63,529 bases of DNA from an uncultured Clostridia bacterium (GCA_947382865.1 CANDBF010000003.1:1-63529), one strand, 5' to 3'. Shown: positions 9,309 through 22,816, counted from the stretch's first letter. The notes: generated by a model from the sequence alone, not told the origin. Translations and numbers: made by a program.

Positions 9309-10391
9309 TCACACATTTATTCTAAACAACACCACGTCGTTATCCTGCATGACATAATCCTTGCCCTCGCTGCGAACCTTTCCCTTTTCCTTTGCGACGT
9401 TGAAAGAGCCGCACTCTATCAAGGTCGCGTAATCCACTATTTCCGCGCGTATAAAGCCGCGCTCGAAGTCGCTGTGGATTTTGCCCGCCGCCTGCGGGGC
9501 TTTGGTGCCCTTAACTATCGTCCAAGCGCGCGTCTCCTTTTCTCCTGCGGTGAGATAGCTTATAAGCCCGAGCAGTTTGTAAGACGCCTTGACAAGCCTG
9601 TCCAATCCGCTCTCCCTTAGCCCGTACTCGCTCATAAACAGCTCCCTGTCCTCGTCCGAAAGCTCCGATAAATCCTCTTCCAGCTTTGCGCACAGCACAA
9701 TCGCCTCGCTGTTTTCCGACTTTGCGATTTTTTCGACCTCCTGCGTATATGCGTTGCCGCCTATGCCGCCCTCGTCCGTGTTAGCCACGTATATGACTGG
9801 CTTCGAGGTCAGCAGAAACTGTTCGTCTATAAAACGCCCGAAGTCCTCGTCCGCGTCCATATTGCGCAAGGGCTTGCCGTCTTCGAGCCACTTTTTCATC
9901 GCCGTAAGCCTATCCACGTCCTCCTGATACTTTTTGTCCGCCTTTACCATAGACAATGCCTTTGTCATACGTCTGTCCAGCGTTTCGAGGTCGGCAAATA
10001 TAAGTTCGAGATTTATCGTTTCCGTGTCGCGCGCGGGATTTACGCTTCCGTCAACGTGGGTTATATTGGCGTCGTCGAAGCATCGCACAACGTGTACGAT
10101 TGCGTCGACCTCTCTGATATGAGACAGAAATTTATTTCCCAAACCCTCGCCTCTGCTCGCGCCCTTGACAAGACCCGCGATATCCACAAACTCCAAGGAG
10201 GTGGGCGTGATTTTTTTGCTGTTGTAAAGAGCCGCCAGTTTGTCCAGCCTCTCATCGGGCACGGCAACCACGCCTACGTTCGGCTCGATTGTGCAAAACG
10301 GATAGTTTGCCGCCTGCGCGCCCGCCTTTGTAATCGCGTTGAACAACGTGCTTTTTCCTACGTTCGGAAGTCCGACAACACCGAGTTTCAT
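9309..10391 (-). CDS. ychF: redox-regulated ribosome-binding ATPase YchF
   Basis: 360-aa ORF with N-terminal [14 protein letters not shown]-loop and a TGS-like C-terminus. Confidence 0.95.
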   Translation of the reverse strand: MKLGVVGLPNVGKSTLFNAITKAGAQAANYPFCTIEPNVGVVAVPDERLDKLAALYNSKKITPTSLEFVDIAGLVKGASRGEGLGNKFLSHIREVDAIVHVVRCFDDANITHVDGSVNPARDTETINLELIFADLETLDRRMTKALSMVKADKKYQEDVDRLTAMKKWLEDGKPLRNMDADEDFGRFIDEQFLLTSKPVIYVANTDEGGIGGNAYTQEVEKIAKSENSEAIVLCAKLEEDLSELSDEDRELFMSEYGLRESGLDRLVKASYKLLGLISYLTAGEKETRAWTIVKGTKAPQAAGKIHSDFERGFIRAEIVDYATLIECGSFNVAKEKGKVRSEGKDYVMQDNDVVLFRINV

Positions 10392-10526
10392 ATATCCCTC
10401 CCGAGCCCGTCTTCATTCTAAAACCCGAGCCCGTAACATAAGTATTATAAACAACTCAAAGCCAATAGTAAAGCGAATGCGGACGGTTTTCCCGAGTGGC
10501 GGAACGCCGCCCGCGCGGAGAAATTT

Positions 10527-11297
10527 ATGGACATTTTACAAGCGTTAATTCTCGGACTCGTACAGGGCGCGAGCGAATTTCTGCCCGTGTCGTCGTCGGG
10601 GCATCTTCTACTGCTGGAAAAACTCGGCGTTGGTCAGCAAAGCCTGTTTTTCAACGTCATGGTTCACGCGGGCACTCTGCTTGCGGTGCTTATCGCGCTG
10701 CGCAAAAGCTGGATCCCCATCTTGCGCAAGCCATTTCAGAAGACTACGGGGCATATATTGACCGCCTGCGTACCGACCGTCATTCTCGCGCTTATATTCA
10801 AATTCCTCGCACCCTCGCTTCTTGACGGCGCGTTTCTGGGCTTCGGCTTTGTGCTTACGGCGTTTTTACTCATAGTCGGCGAAATGTTCAAACCTACGCA
10901 AACCGCACTTTTAACCTACAAAAAGAGCATATTAACAGGCGTTTTGCAAGGAATAGCCGTTCTCCCCGGCGTTTCGAGAAGCGGAGCTACCATATCCGCG
11001 CTGACCGTACAGGGAGTGGACAAAAGCTCCGCCGCGAACTTCTCGTTTCTGCTTTCGATACCTATAATCATAGGTTCCGCAATACTAGAAGGCGCGGAGC
11101 TTGCAACAAGTCACGCGGCGGCGGATATCGCCGTCGCGCCTCTCATCGTCGGAACAATCTGCGCATTTGTTTCGGGTTTGATATCCATAAATTTTTTCAT
11201 AAAACTGCTCAAAAAGCACTCGATGATAGGCTTTGCGGTTTACACGCTGTTACTCGGAATAACCGTAACCCTGCTGCCGATTTGGGGGATAATCTGA
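10527..11297 (+). CDS. uppP: undecaprenyl-diphosphate phosphatase (BacA/UppP)
   Basis: 256-aa polytopic ORF with the signature EFLPVSSSGHL and a PGVSRSG motif. Confidence 0.93.
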   Translation: MDILQALILGLVQGASEFLPVSSSGHLLLLEKLGVGQQSLFFNVMVHAGTLLAVLIALRKSWIPILRKPFQKTTGHILTACVPTVILALIFKFLAPSLLDGAFLGFGFVLTAFLLIVGEMFKPTQTALLTYKKSILTGVLQGIAVLPGVSRSGATISALTVQGVDKSSAANFSFLLSIPIIIGSAILEGAELATSHAAADIAVAPLIVGTICAFVSGLISINFFIKLLKKHSMIGFAVYTLLLGITVTLLPIWGII

Positions 11298-11554
11298 CCG
11301 CTATCTACCATCTGTATTATACGGCAAATGTGGTAATAAAAATTGTCTCTCTTCAATCCGAGTGCTTGCATTGCGATTTCGGACATTATTTGCTTTTGAA
11401 TATAATTTACGGCGACAGGCACTATCGGACATGCGACGGCTGCGACAAAAAGAATTACGCCGAACACGACTTTTCAGACGGCAATTGTATTTGCGGCAAA
11501 AAGAAACAGACCGAGGGGCTTGATTATACTTTGAACGGCGACGGTGAAAGCTAA
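11282..11554 (+). pseudogene. fragment of a BspA-like leucine-rich-repeat surface protein gene with an in-frame TAA
   Basis: The ORF ends ...GLDYTLNGDGES*. The same frame continues SVTGIG, which is the pattern seen at the start of LRR_5 modules, then runs into the convergent LRR gene. Confidence 0.3.
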
Positions 11555-11573
11555 TCCGTCACGGGAATAGGAA

Positions 11574-13472
11574 TTAATTTCCGCTATATCCCCATACGAC
11601 CGTCGCGTCGCAGCCGCTAAGCCAATCCTCGTCCCAACCTTCGGGTTGAGCGTCGCTCTTACAGCTTATCGTCTGCAACTCAACGCAGAGCGTAAACACT
11701 GCGTTGCCGACCTCCGTCAGACTTGCGGGCAGAATCGCGCCGTTCAAATCCGTACACGCAAAAAACGCCTGCGAACCGAGTCTTAAAACTCCGTTGGGAA
11801 GAGAAATCGACGTAAGTCCGCTGTGCGCGAAAGCGTGTAGACCTATCGTCAACACGCCGCTCGGTATGTTTATTTCCGTCAAAGATTTGCAGTTATAAAA
11901 GGCGAGCTCGCCTATTTCCTCTATACCCGTCGGCAGACTTACCTCGCTGAGATTTTCGCAGTTCTGGAACATATGCGAGAGATTGAGCGAGGTCACGGTA
12001 TTGGGGATTTGTATGCTTAAAAGCCCCGTGCACCCAGAAAAGGTGTCCGAGCCTATCGTCGTGACGTTTGCGGGTATCGTCACGCCTTGTAAAGTCGCGC
12101 AGTCCTTAAATACGCCGTTGCCGAGAGTAGCAACACCCGCGCCGAGCTTGACGTTGTTCAAAGCCGTACAGCCCTCGAATGCGAAGTTTCCGATAGCCGT
12201 TACGCTGTCGGGAACCGTGACGGCGGTCAGACTCTCGCAGCCCGCAAACGCATAATCCGCTATACCCTTTATTCCCTCTCTCAGAGTCAGGCTCGTCATA
12301 CCTTTACAGCCCGCAAACGCGGAATTGCCGAGCGTATTTATTCCGCCGCCTACGTCCACGCTCTTCAAGCCCGCGCAGCCGTAAAACGCCTCTACGCCAA
12401 GCCCCGTAACGGTTGCGGGTATTGCGATAGAGCGCAATCTCGCGCACCCCGAAAACGCCCTGTATCCTATCTGAGTAAGACCGCTCGGCAGGTTTATCCT
12501 TTCAAGCTGAGAGCAACCGTAAAACGCATATCTGTCTATACTCTCTACGTTGGCGGGAAGCGTAACGCTCATAAGCCCGTCGCACCCGTAGAATGCCTCC
12601 GCGACAATTTTGGAGCCGCCCGTAATTTCCAGCTCCATAAGGCTGTCGGGAACCCATTGGGAATTCATCAATCCGTTTTCCGCTCCGAAAATATAACCTA
12701 AATACGCGTGATTTTCGCCGTCCTTCGTTTCGCCGACAAACGGGATTTTCATTCGGACTACTCTGTTGCAGGCGGTGAAAGCGAGTCCGCTTATCCTTGT
12801 AACGTAGTCGGGAACTATTATGGTCTCGACGGATTTATCCTTGACGCCCGTGATTACGCAGGTCGTTTCCGTCGCGGTAAACTCGAAATTTTCCATTTCC
12901 TGCTTGACGGGCATATCGGCGTCAACGCGCTCGATTTTGTTCTCCACAACCTTTCCGTCCACGTTCCAGCCTCTGAAATCGTAGCCAATCCGGTTTATAG
13001 GCGCAGGAACGGGAAACGCCGTATGCGAAAGCACCGTTTCGGTCTGCACCAGCTCGTCTGCCGCAAAGTAATTCACCGTCGCGTAAAAATTGCGCCATAT
13101 GTCGAGCGTATATCTGTTGCTTATCGCCCCGTCCTCGGTGCTTACGAGGAGATAATATCTGTTGTGACCCTCTTTAAGCGCGTCCGTGCGATTGTTCTGC
13201 ATGACTATCTGACACGCGACGTCCCTGTACAGCGCCCACCTGCAACCGGCGGATACCGAAACCCGATACGCGCCCTCGCCTATGCTCACTGTTTCCACGT
13301 CGGGAGCGACGTCGAGCGCAACGGTCTTCCCTTGGATAGTCGCGCCGTCAAACTGCTTTAATAAAGCCGTATTATCGTTCGTATATTCTTCGCCCTTGTT
13401 GCACGCCGCGAGCGACACCGCCGCAGCAAGCACAACTATCAAACAAATAAAACCAAAAACTTTCTTTTTCAT
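11574..13472 (-). CDS. leucine-rich repeat (BspA/LRR_5-type) surface lipoprotein
   Basis: 632-aa ORF with signal peptide plus lipobox (LAAC). Many ~23-aa repeats of the form ..IP..VT.IG..AF.GC..L. Confidence 0.8.
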   Translation of the reverse strand: MKKKVFGFICLIVVLAAAVSLAACNKGEEYTNDNTALLKQFDGATIQGKTVALDVAPDVETVSIGEGAYRVSVSAGCRWALYRDVACQIVMQNNRTDALKEGHNRYYLLVSTEDGAISNRYTLDIWRNFYATVNYFAADELVQTETVLSHTAFPVPAPINRIGYDFRGWNVDGKVVENKIERVDADMPVKQEMENFEFTATETTCVITGVKDKSVETIIVPDYVTRISGLAFTACNRVVRMKIPFVGETKDGENHAYLGYIFGAENGLMNSQWVPDSLMELEITGGSKIVAEAFYGCDGLMSVTLPANVESIDRYAFYGCSQLERINLPSGLTQIGYRAFSGCARLRSIAIPATVTGLGVEAFYGCAGLKSVDVGGGINTLGNSAFAGCKGMTSLTLREGIKGIADYAFAGCESLTAVTVPDSVTAIGNFAFEGCTALNNVKLGAGVATLGNGVFKDCATLQGVTIPANVTTIGSDTFSGCTGLLSIQIPNTVTSLNLSHMFQNCENLSEVSLPTGIEEIGELAFYNCKSLTEINIPSGVLTIGLHAFAHSGLTSISLPNGVLRLGSQAFFACTDLNGAILPASLTEVGNAVFTLCVELQTISCKSDAQPEGWDEDWLSGCDATVVWGYSGN

Positions 13473-13615
13473 AGTTTTTATCCTATCGCTTAGTATACGG
13501 TATATCTATAATATTACACCGCTCTCCCCTTGTCAAATGAGCGCGCGGTCGGCGTAAAATGAAAAGAAAGCCTATTAGGTCTTTCTTTTTCCGTCGATTA
13601 ATGTCTTACGCGCCG

Positions 13616-14281
13616 TCACTCCCAGTTGAAATTTTCCTTCCCCGCGCCGATTTCAAAATGGCATTTGGCAATGCCCAGATCTATCTTCGTGTAGAATCCC
13701 GCGCCTGCCTCGGCTTTAACTCTGTTTCCGTCGCAAAGCGTAAATTTGAATTTCTGCTGATTGAGCGCGGTGGGCGCAAGCATCGCCGCGCGCACTCCGT
13801 TTGAAAACCACTCCGGCGCGCCGTTTATATCCGCAATCTTTTCAACCGCTTTGTTTTTGTGCGGCTTGCCCTGCGTCTGACCGTAGCCCAGCGCAATCAC
13901 GACTCCGAGCTTTTCGCCCTCGTCTACAAGATAAGCGCTCTTTACTTTTTTATACGTTGCGGCAACCCAACAGGTGTTTAATCCCAGCGTTTGTGCATAT
14001 AAAACTATCTTTTCGCCGAAATAGCCTATTTTTTCGTCGAAGTCTTCCGTCTTCGGAGCGACAAGCGCAAGATAGTTTTTCACCCCCGAAAATTTGCCGT
14101 AGCGCGCCATAGTTCCGCCGAACGCCTGCGGCTCGTCGAGCACCGGCTGAATATGCAAACCGCCCTCGCGGTTGCACTCCTCTATATACCCGTTGAGCAA
14201 ACGTAAAGTCTCCCCGTCTATCGGCTTATCAATATACGCCCTGACCGAATGTCTGTCATTTATTGCTTCCGAAAAATCCAC
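13616..14281 (-). CDS. nitroreductase family protein
   Basis: 221-aa ORF with an N-terminus RHSVRAY typical of FMN nitroreductases. Confidence 0.8.
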   Translation of the reverse strand: MDFSEAINDRHSVRAYIDKPIDGETLRLLNGYIEECNREGGLHIQPVLDEPQAFGGTMARYGKFSGVKNYLALVAPKTEDFDEKIGYFGEKIVLYAQTLGLNTCWVAATYKKVKSAYLVDEGEKLGVVIALGYGQTQGKPHKNKAVEKIADINGAPEWFSNGVRAAMLAPTALNQQKFKFTLCDGNRVKAEAGAGFYTKIDLGIAKCHFEIGAGKENFNWE

Positions 14282-14306
14282 GCTCTTCCTCCGACGTCAG
14301 TCCTGC

Positions 14307-16001
14307 TTATTTATTCGCGGGGGTAAAATACGCTCTGCCCTCGTACGGCTTCATGTTCTTGCCCAAAGCTCCGTCGTAAACGGACAAAACTTCCATTGCC
14401 CCTTCGGGGATATACTTTTTCACCTTTCCGCTCGAAACCCGCTTTTCGCTGACGTTGAGCACAACGGTGAGCTTCGAGCCGTCCTTTGCAATCTTGTCGT
14501 ATACGAACAGGCGCTTATCGCCTTTGAGGTGCAGGCGGAACTCGCCGTAAATCGCCGTATCCTTGTACTGCTTGCGAAGCGCTATGAGCTTGCGGTAGAA
14601 ATTGAGCAGGGAGCTCGGGTCCTTTTCCGCCGCTTCGACGTTGACCTCCTTATAGTTGGGATTGACCGCATACCATGGGTCTACGTCGCTGAAACCCGCG
14701 TTTTTCTGCGCGGACCACTGTATTGGAGTACGCGCGCAGTCTCTCGCCGCGGTATGCGCGACTTTGAGGATATGCTTTTCGGAAAAACCGAACTTTTTCA
14801 TCAGGTCGCGCACGCAAAATGTGGAAATATCCTTAAACTGTGTCCACGGGTCCTCGCCTTTTTGACATTTATCGAAATGCGGAGAGGTCATGCCTATCTC
14901 CTGTCCCTGATAGACGAACTGCGTTCCGCTTAGCAGCGAGTACATCATCGCGAGGCATTTGCCGCTCTCCACTCTGTACTTCTCGCTGCCGTAGCGGGAT
15001 ATTATCCTCGCGTGGTCGTGGTTTTCGAGATAATTGACGTTCCATGCCCTTCCGAAAAGCATCGTCTGCCAGTTGTTGTAAATCTTTTTGAGTTTTTTGA
15101 GATTGAAGGGCAGGCGCATCCATTCAATCATAATGCAATCCGCTTCCATATGCTGGAAGGAAATCATCATATCCAGCTCCTGTTTCTTTTCGTTTACGAA
15201 GGTAAGCGCCTTTTTCGGGCTCATAAACGGAGCCTCGCCGACCTGAAACGCGTCGTAATCCTTCAAGACCTCTCTGTATTCGGAAAGGAATTCGTGTATG
15301 TGCGGACCGCAGTCGTAGTGCTCGAGTCCCCTAGACGCGGGCATAAGCGGATTGCCGTTGGGCAGACCCTCCGCCTTGCTTATCTGCGTTATAACGTCCT
15401 CTCTGAACCCGTCCACGCCCATATCCAACCAGAAGCGCATCACGTTTTTCACCGCCTCGCGCACCTTGGGATTGTCGTGATTGAGATCGGGCTGTTCCTT
15501 TGCATAGAGGTGCAGATAAAACTCGCCGCGCTCCTCGTTGTACTCCCACGCGGATCCGGGGAAGGTGGACATCCAGTTGTTGGGGGCTTTTTTGCCGTTC
15601 TTGCCTCTGCCCTTTCTCCAAATATAGAAATCCGTGTACGGCTCCTCCCTCTTTACGCTCTTTTTGAACCATTCGTGTTGGTCGGAAGTGTGATTTATGA
15701 CAAGGTCCATAATGACCCGAAGTCCCAGTCCGTGCGCCTTGTCAAGCACCTGCTTAAACTCGTCAAGAGTGCCGTACTCGGGATTTATATTGCAGTAATC
15801 CGCTATATCGTAGCCGTAATCCGCCTGCGGGGAAACGTAAAGCGGCGAAAACCACACCGCGTCCGCGCCCAGACTCTTTATGTATTCGAGCTTGCTAAGC
15901 ACGCCCTTCAAGTCGCCTATGCCGTCGTTGTTGCCGTCGCAAAAGGAGCGGGGCCAAATCTGATATACGGTCATCTCCCTGAACCACTTTCTTTCTTCCA
16001 T
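14307..16001 (-). CDS. GH13 alpha-glucosidase / oligo-1,6-glucosidase-like enzyme
   Basis: GH13 conserved regions DLVINHTS, GVDGFREDV, VGEAPF and LENHDHARI. Start set at MEERKW (GGGAGGG Shine-Dalgarno) rather than the upstream TTG at 16049. Confidence 0.9.
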   Translation of the reverse strand: MEERKWFREMTVYQIWPRSFCDGNNDGIGDLKGVLSKLEYIKSLGADAVWFSPLYVSPQADYGYDIADYCNINPEYGTLDEFKQVLDKAHGLGLRVIMDLVINHTSDQHEWFKKSVKREEPYTDFYIWRKGRGKNGKKAPNNWMSTFPGSAWEYNEERGEFYLHLYAKEQPDLNHDNPKVREAVKNVMRFWLDMGVDGFREDVITQISKAEGLPNGNPLMPASRGLEHYDCGPHIHEFLSEYREVLKDYDAFQVGEAPFMSPKKALTFVNEKKQELDMMISFQHMEADCIMIEWMRLPFNLKKLKKIYNNWQTMLFGRAWNVNYLENHDHARIISRYGSEKYRVESGKCLAMMYSLLSGTQFVYQGQEIGMTSPHFDKCQKGEDPWTQFKDISTFCVRDLMKKFGFSEKHILKVAHTAARDCARTPIQWSAQKNAGFSDVDPWYAVNPNYKEVNVEAAEKDPSSLLNFYRKLIALRKQYKDTAIYGEFRLHLKGDKRLFVYDKIAKDGSKLTVVLNVSEKRVSSGKVKKYIPEGAMEVLSVYDGALGKNMKPYEGRAYFTPANK

Positions 16002-16593
16002 AATTCCCTCCCGAGACGCACCGTCCCGAATATATATGTTTATATTCAAATAATATCAGTTTTAACTCTCAAATTCAAGACCGAATGTGCAAAAACAAGC
16101 CGTTTAGACATAGATTAGCCGCATGTTTAATTAACTTGTAAACCATAATGGATTTTATAAAATATTTCGTTACGTTATGCCAGTCCGATAGTTGCATACG
16201 CTCAATCAAATATAAATACCAATTCGATAAAGAAAAACCATTACAAAAACATAAATATTCATAAAAAACCTACGTGCACAGCCTTAAAAATGCAATTCTT
16301 CATCTTTGTATAGCCAGAAAAAGTGAATTTTATTATAAATAGACAGTTGAAAATTAACTTTCAAAATATAACGAGCATATTTATATGCACAAAATAAGCC
16401 TGTTTTTATAGATTTTTCTGCGTGAAACTATTACAAATTTTTAACAATTTTCAGTGAAACATCATGGGTGAAAAAATTTGGGTGAAAGAATGTAAAATTA
16501 GCTAAAATCCCATGAGGGACAAAGCGGACAAATTCTCAAAACACCACTAAAAAGCCGAAATATGCTACTGTTTAGTAGCATTTTAACAAAATG

Positions 16594-16609
16594 AGTTCCA
16601 CGTGAAACT
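16594..16609. promoter_or_regulatory. parS-like ParB binding site (14/16 to TGTTCCACGTGAAACA)
   Basis: AGTTCCACGTGAAACT. Confidence 0.6.
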
Positions 16610-16625
16610 AAAATCCCCTCCCATA

Positions 16626-16641
16626 TGTTTCACGTGGAACA
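16626..16641. promoter_or_regulatory. parS ParB binding site (perfect consensus)
   Basis: TGTTTCACGTGGAACA is the reverse complement of TGTTCCACGTGAAACA. Confidence 0.85.
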
Positions 16642-16923
16642 TAGCCATAGCGGCTTCTCTAAACCTTATTATGCCTACGCTAGTTTGCTCACAATGTCAC
16701 GACACGTCCGAGCATAATCAATACAAATATTACAGCTCATAAAGCTATAAATTCGATGGCTGGATTTTCGGCAATAATACTTTTATGTTTTATCCAACTT
16801 AAACTGCGGCATTGCGATTTAAGTATACGGCGTAAAAATAAACAAATCTTATATGGCAACTACACATTCTTGAATTCGACAAGGCAAACGATTGCGCCCC
16901 CGTTGGGGAATGACATGAATTAT

Positions 16924-17027
16924 ATTCGCCATACCCATTCGCCATACCCATTCGCCATACCCATTCGCCATACCCATTCGCCATACCCGTTCGCCATACA
17001 TATTCGTCATGCCTATTTGTCACACAT
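16924..17027. repeat. 13-bp tandem direct repeat ATTCGCCATACCC (5 exact units, then about 3 decaying units)
   Basis: Read directly. Exact units start at 16924, 16937, 16950, 16963 and 16976, followed by GTTCGCCATACAT, ATTCGTCATGCCT and ATTTGTCACACAT. Confidence 0.9.
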
Positions 17028-17066
17028 AATGTTTATGCAAAGCAAATATAATATAAATCAACAGAT

Positions 17067-17082
17067 TGTTACACGTGAAACA
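17067..17082. promoter_or_regulatory. parS ParB binding site (matches TGTTNCACGTGAAACA)
   Basis: TGTTACACGTGAAACA. Confidence 0.8.
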
Positions 17083-18115
17083 TTTTGATTTTTATCGACA
17101 ATAAATTAGTATATATTCTGCATTGGTCTGATATGTCGGTGTCTGATTAAAGTGCGCTTGATACAAAAATTTTTACTTAATACTTAGGTTAAACATTAAT
17201 TTTAGACGCGTAGGCATGGATAAGCGCACATTCATTATAATTAATTCTAATAAACGTTTACTTCAAACTTCTTACTATGACTTTGCGCGTTGGCTTTATT
17301 TCATATCGACAATGATACATTCTAGATTGCGGTTCATTTAACGATAATTAATATCAATAAATTTGAAGTAAATGCAAATAGCTGCAATAGTGGGGGACGC
17401 CTACAACTGAGTTTGATGAATATAGCGGTTTGCTTGATTTGAAGCTATGGGTTTTTGTCTGTAAATATCCAACTGTTATTATTTTTATAGACGATTGACT
17501 AAAACTTTTGTACGTCCGCTTATTATCGCCGCTCATTCCCGACGTTTGAATGATATTTTCCGCCCGATAAAGCAAATTACTTTGTTGCAAATTATATAAT
17601 TTTGATTTGTATTGTTTTCGGATGTCTGAATTTACGCCGCGATTACAGCTGTTATTCCAAAATTTTGAAATTAGAATTTGTAAATTCAATCGATATTTAA
17701 GCCTATCATCAAATCTCCGATTGGCTTTATAAGATATAGTACGGATTCGACAATATCATATCTTGTAATAGTTTATAAATTACAGAGCAATATGCGCCGA
17801 ATTACGGCTACCCGACTTTGTATATAGATATTTAGCCCAGAAACAATATATTACTTATGCGTAATGCGAATATCAAAAGCGGAGTGCGAATATTGAAATC
17901 GGAATAAATTCATTTTGATATTTCACGCACGACGATTTAAGCAAAATTCACCGTTTGTTTTATTTGCCGACGCGTTCACGAAATCGAAATCGCACAACGA
18001 TTTTCATTGCCAGTATGGTTCAAATGTAAACTGTTTTATACTTGACTATTTATGCTTTTTCAATGAAACGAACACAACGCGCGCAAAACTGTTTTTATTT
18101 AACCAATATGCGTAA

Positions 18116-20191
<2,076 letters not shown>

Positions 20192-20205
20192 TCTAGGAGG
20201 AAATT

Positions 20206-22770
20206 ATGGCAAACATAAGAGACGACAAAAACAACGAATATATACAGCACCTTGCCAACTCCACCGTCAAAAATATCGAGATTAACGGCGAGCTGAAAAA
20301 ATCCTTCATTTCATACGCGATGGCGGTCAACGTATCGCGCGCGATACCCGACGTACGCGACGGTCTCAAACCCGTTCACAGAAGGATACTTTACGCTATG
20401 AGCGAGCTGGGTCTCACCCCCGACAAGCCCTACCGCAAGTGCGCTATGGTCGTCGGAGAGGTGCTGGGTAAATACCATCCGCACGGAGACAGCTCGGTGT
20501 ACGACGCGCTCGTGCGCCTCGCGCAGGACTTTTCCATACGCTGTCCGCTTGTGGACGGGCACGGCAACTTCGGCTCGGTGGACGGCGACCCCGCGGCGGC
20601 GTACAGATACACGGAAGCGCGACTTTCCAAAATCGCGCTGGAAATGATACGCGACATCGACAAAAAGACGGTGGATTTCTATCCCAACTTCGACGACACG
20701 CGCGAACAGCCCACCGTACTGCCTTCCAGATTTCCCAATCTGCTCGTAAACGGCTCGGACGGTATAGCGGTCGGGATGGCGACGTCCATACCTCCTCACA
20801 ATCTCAGCGAGGTCATAGACGCGACTGTCGCGCTTATGCAGAACCCCGAAGCCACGGTGGACGAGCTTATGGAATATATTCCCGCCCCCGACTTCCCGAC
20901 GGGCGCGCTCATACTCGGCAGAAACACAATAAAGCAGGCGTACCGTACGGGTCGCGGCATGGCGATTCTGCGCGCCAAGGCGGAAATCGAAGAGCTCGCA
21001 AACGGCAAGAGCCGCATTATCGTCACCGAGATACCCTATCAGGTCAACAAAGCCAAACTTATCGAAAATATCGCAGACCAAGTCAAGGATAAGAGGCTGG
21101 AAGGCATTGCGGATTTGAGAGAGGAGACCGACCGCCACGGCATGCGTATCGTCATCGAGCTCAAAAAGGACGTCAACGCGCAGGTGCTTCTCAACCAGCT
21201 GTACAAGCAGACGGCGATGCAGACGAGTTTCAGCATGATACTGCTCGCGCTCGTGGACGGTGTGCCGCGCATACTCAACCTCAAAGAGATACTCGAAAGC
21301 TACGTCGCGCATCAGAAGGACGTCGTCATTCGCCGCACGCGCTTCGACCTTTCCAAGGCGCAGGAGAGACAGCATATCCTGCTCGGTCTGCACATAGCGC
21401 TCGAAAATATCGACGCTATCGTCGAGCTCCTCAAAAAGTCGCAGGACAGACAGGACGCAATGGCAAAGCTGATGGAGAACTACGCTCTGTCCGACAGACA
21501 GGCGGCGGCAATCCTCGATATGCGCCTGCAACGTCTGACGGGTCTCGAAGTAGAGAAGATAAACGCCGAGCTCGCCGACCTCGAAAAACAAATCGAATAC
21601 TTCAACTTCGTGCTTTCCCACGACGAGGAAGTCTGCGCGATTGTCGTCAAGGAGCTTTCCGACGTCAAAGCGCAGTACGGCACTCCCAGACGTTCGGAGC
21701 TCACCTACGACTACGGCGATATCGACATCGAGGACCTTATCGAAAAGGAGGACGTCGTCATTTCGATGACGCACAGCGGATATATCAAACGCATACCCGT
21801 CGCCGAATACAAGGCTCAGCACCGCGGCGGAATGGGCGTTACGGCGCATAAGGCAAAGGACGAGGACTTCGTCGAGAAGATATTCACCTCCAACACTCAC
21901 GAGCGGCTTATGTTCTTTACAAACCTCGGCAAGGTGTTCACTATGAAAGCCTACGAGATACCCGAGGCGAGCCGCAACGCGCGCGGCAGAGCGGCGGTCA
22001 ACCTGCTGCAACTCGAACAGGGAGAGCGCATTCAGGCGTTCTTGAAGCTGCCCGAGGAGAAGGAGGGCAAGTTCCTTATGCTCGCCACCAAGCGCGGACT
22101 TATCAAAAAAACTCCTCTGGAAGAATACGAGTCCATCAAGCGCAACGGCAAGATTGCAATCAAATTCAACGACGATGACGAGCTTATCGACGCGGTAATC
22201 ACCGACGGCGACAGCGAGCTTATAGTTGCTTCCGGCGCGGGAATGAGCATACACTTCCACGAGAGCGTAGTGCGCCCGATGGGAAGAACGGCAATGGGCG
22301 TAAAGGCGATGAGCCTTGCAAAGGGCGTGAACCTCGTCGCGTTCACCGCGGTCAAGGCGGGGGACGAAATCCTCACCGTCACCTCCAACGGCTACGGCAA
22401 GCGCAGCGACCTTGAAGACTATCCGTTGCAGGGCAGAGCGGGCAAAGGCGTCAAGGCGGGCGTGTTCAACGACAGAACGGGGTCTCTCGTATGCCTGAGC
22501 GTTATCCCCGCAGACACCGACGTTATGATGATAACCGACAGCGGAGTCATAATCAGAGTAGGCGCCGACGAGATAAGCAAAATCGGCAGAGCGACGCAGG
22601 GCGTGCGCATAATGAAGCTCAAAGGCGATAAGATAAACGTTATGGCGGTCGCGCTCACTCCGCACGAAGAAGAGGAGGAAATCTCCGAAAATGCGGATAC
22701 CGCGACTGTATCGGACGCGGCGGAAGAGACGCAAACGGCGGATACCGCGACTGAAACCACGGAAGAATAA
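20206..22770 (+). CDS. gyrA: DNA gyrase subunit A
   Basis: 854-aa ORF with GKYHPHGD, the catalytic-Tyr region [10 protein letters not shown] and an acidic C-terminal tail. Confidence 0.97.
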   Translation: MANIRDDKNNEYIQHLANSTVKNIEINGELKKSFISYAMAVNVSRAIPDVRDGLKPVHRRILYAMSELGLTPDKPYRKCAMVVGEVLGKYHPHGDSSVYDALVRLAQDFSIRCPLVDGHGNFGSVDGDPAAAYRYTEARLSKIALEMIRDIDKKTVDFYPNFDDTREQPTVLPSRFPNLLVNGSDGIAVGMATSIPPHNLSEVIDATVALMQNPEATVDELMEYIPAPDFPTGALILGRNTIKQAYRTGRGMAILRAKAEIEELANGKSRIIVTEIPYQVNKAKLIENIADQVKDKRLEGIADLREETDRHGMRIVIELKKDVNAQVLLNQLYKQTAMQTSFSMILLALVDGVPRILNLKEILESYVAHQKDVVIRRTRFDLSKAQERQHILLGLHIALENIDAIVELLKKSQDRQDAMAKLMENYALSDRQAAAILDMRLQRLTGLEVEKINAELADLEKQIEYFNFVLSHDEEVCAIVVKELSDVKAQYGTPRRSELTYDYGDIDIEDLIEKEDVVISMTHSGYIKRIPVAEYKAQHRGGMGVTAHKAKDEDFVEKIFTSNTHERLMFFTNLGKVFTMKAYEIPEASRNARGRAAVNLLQLEQGERIQAFLKLPEEKEGKFLMLATKRGLIKKTPLEEYESIKRNGKIAIKFNDDDELIDAVITDGDSELIVASGAGMSIHFHESVVRPMGRTAMGVKAMSLAKGVNLVAFTAVKAGDEILTVTSNGYGKRSDLEDYPLQGRAGKGVKAGVFNDRTGSLVCLSVIPADTDVMMITDSGVIIRVGADEISKIGRATQGVRIMKLKGDKINVMAVALTPHEEEEEISENADTATVSDAAEETQTADTATETTEE

Positions 22771-22785
22771 TGTCCCGATTATGAC

Positions 22786-22816
22786 AAAAAAGGCAGGAAT
22801 TATCCTGCCTTTTTTT
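22786..22816 (+). terminator. intrinsic terminator after gyrA
   Basis: AGGCAGGA, loop, TCCTGCCT followed by T6. Confidence 0.8.

Noticed and set aside
10390-10434. Direct repeat CCCGAGCCCGT, two copies, in the ychF-uppP divergent spacer.
   Set aside because: It is an 11-nt repeat with two copies only. It may be part of a promoter or operator, but there is no further support.
16924-17027. CRISPR array.
   Set aside because: The 13-bp units are directly adjacent with no spacers, and there are no cas genes in the window.
16756-18115. ORFs in the AT-rich region (16756-17088, 16799-17023, 17354-17689, 17915-18115).
   Set aside because: They run through the 13-bp tandem repeat or consist of low-complexity AT-codon strings. 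They use TTG or other weak starts, lack a Shine-Dalgarno sequence and have no recognisable motifs.
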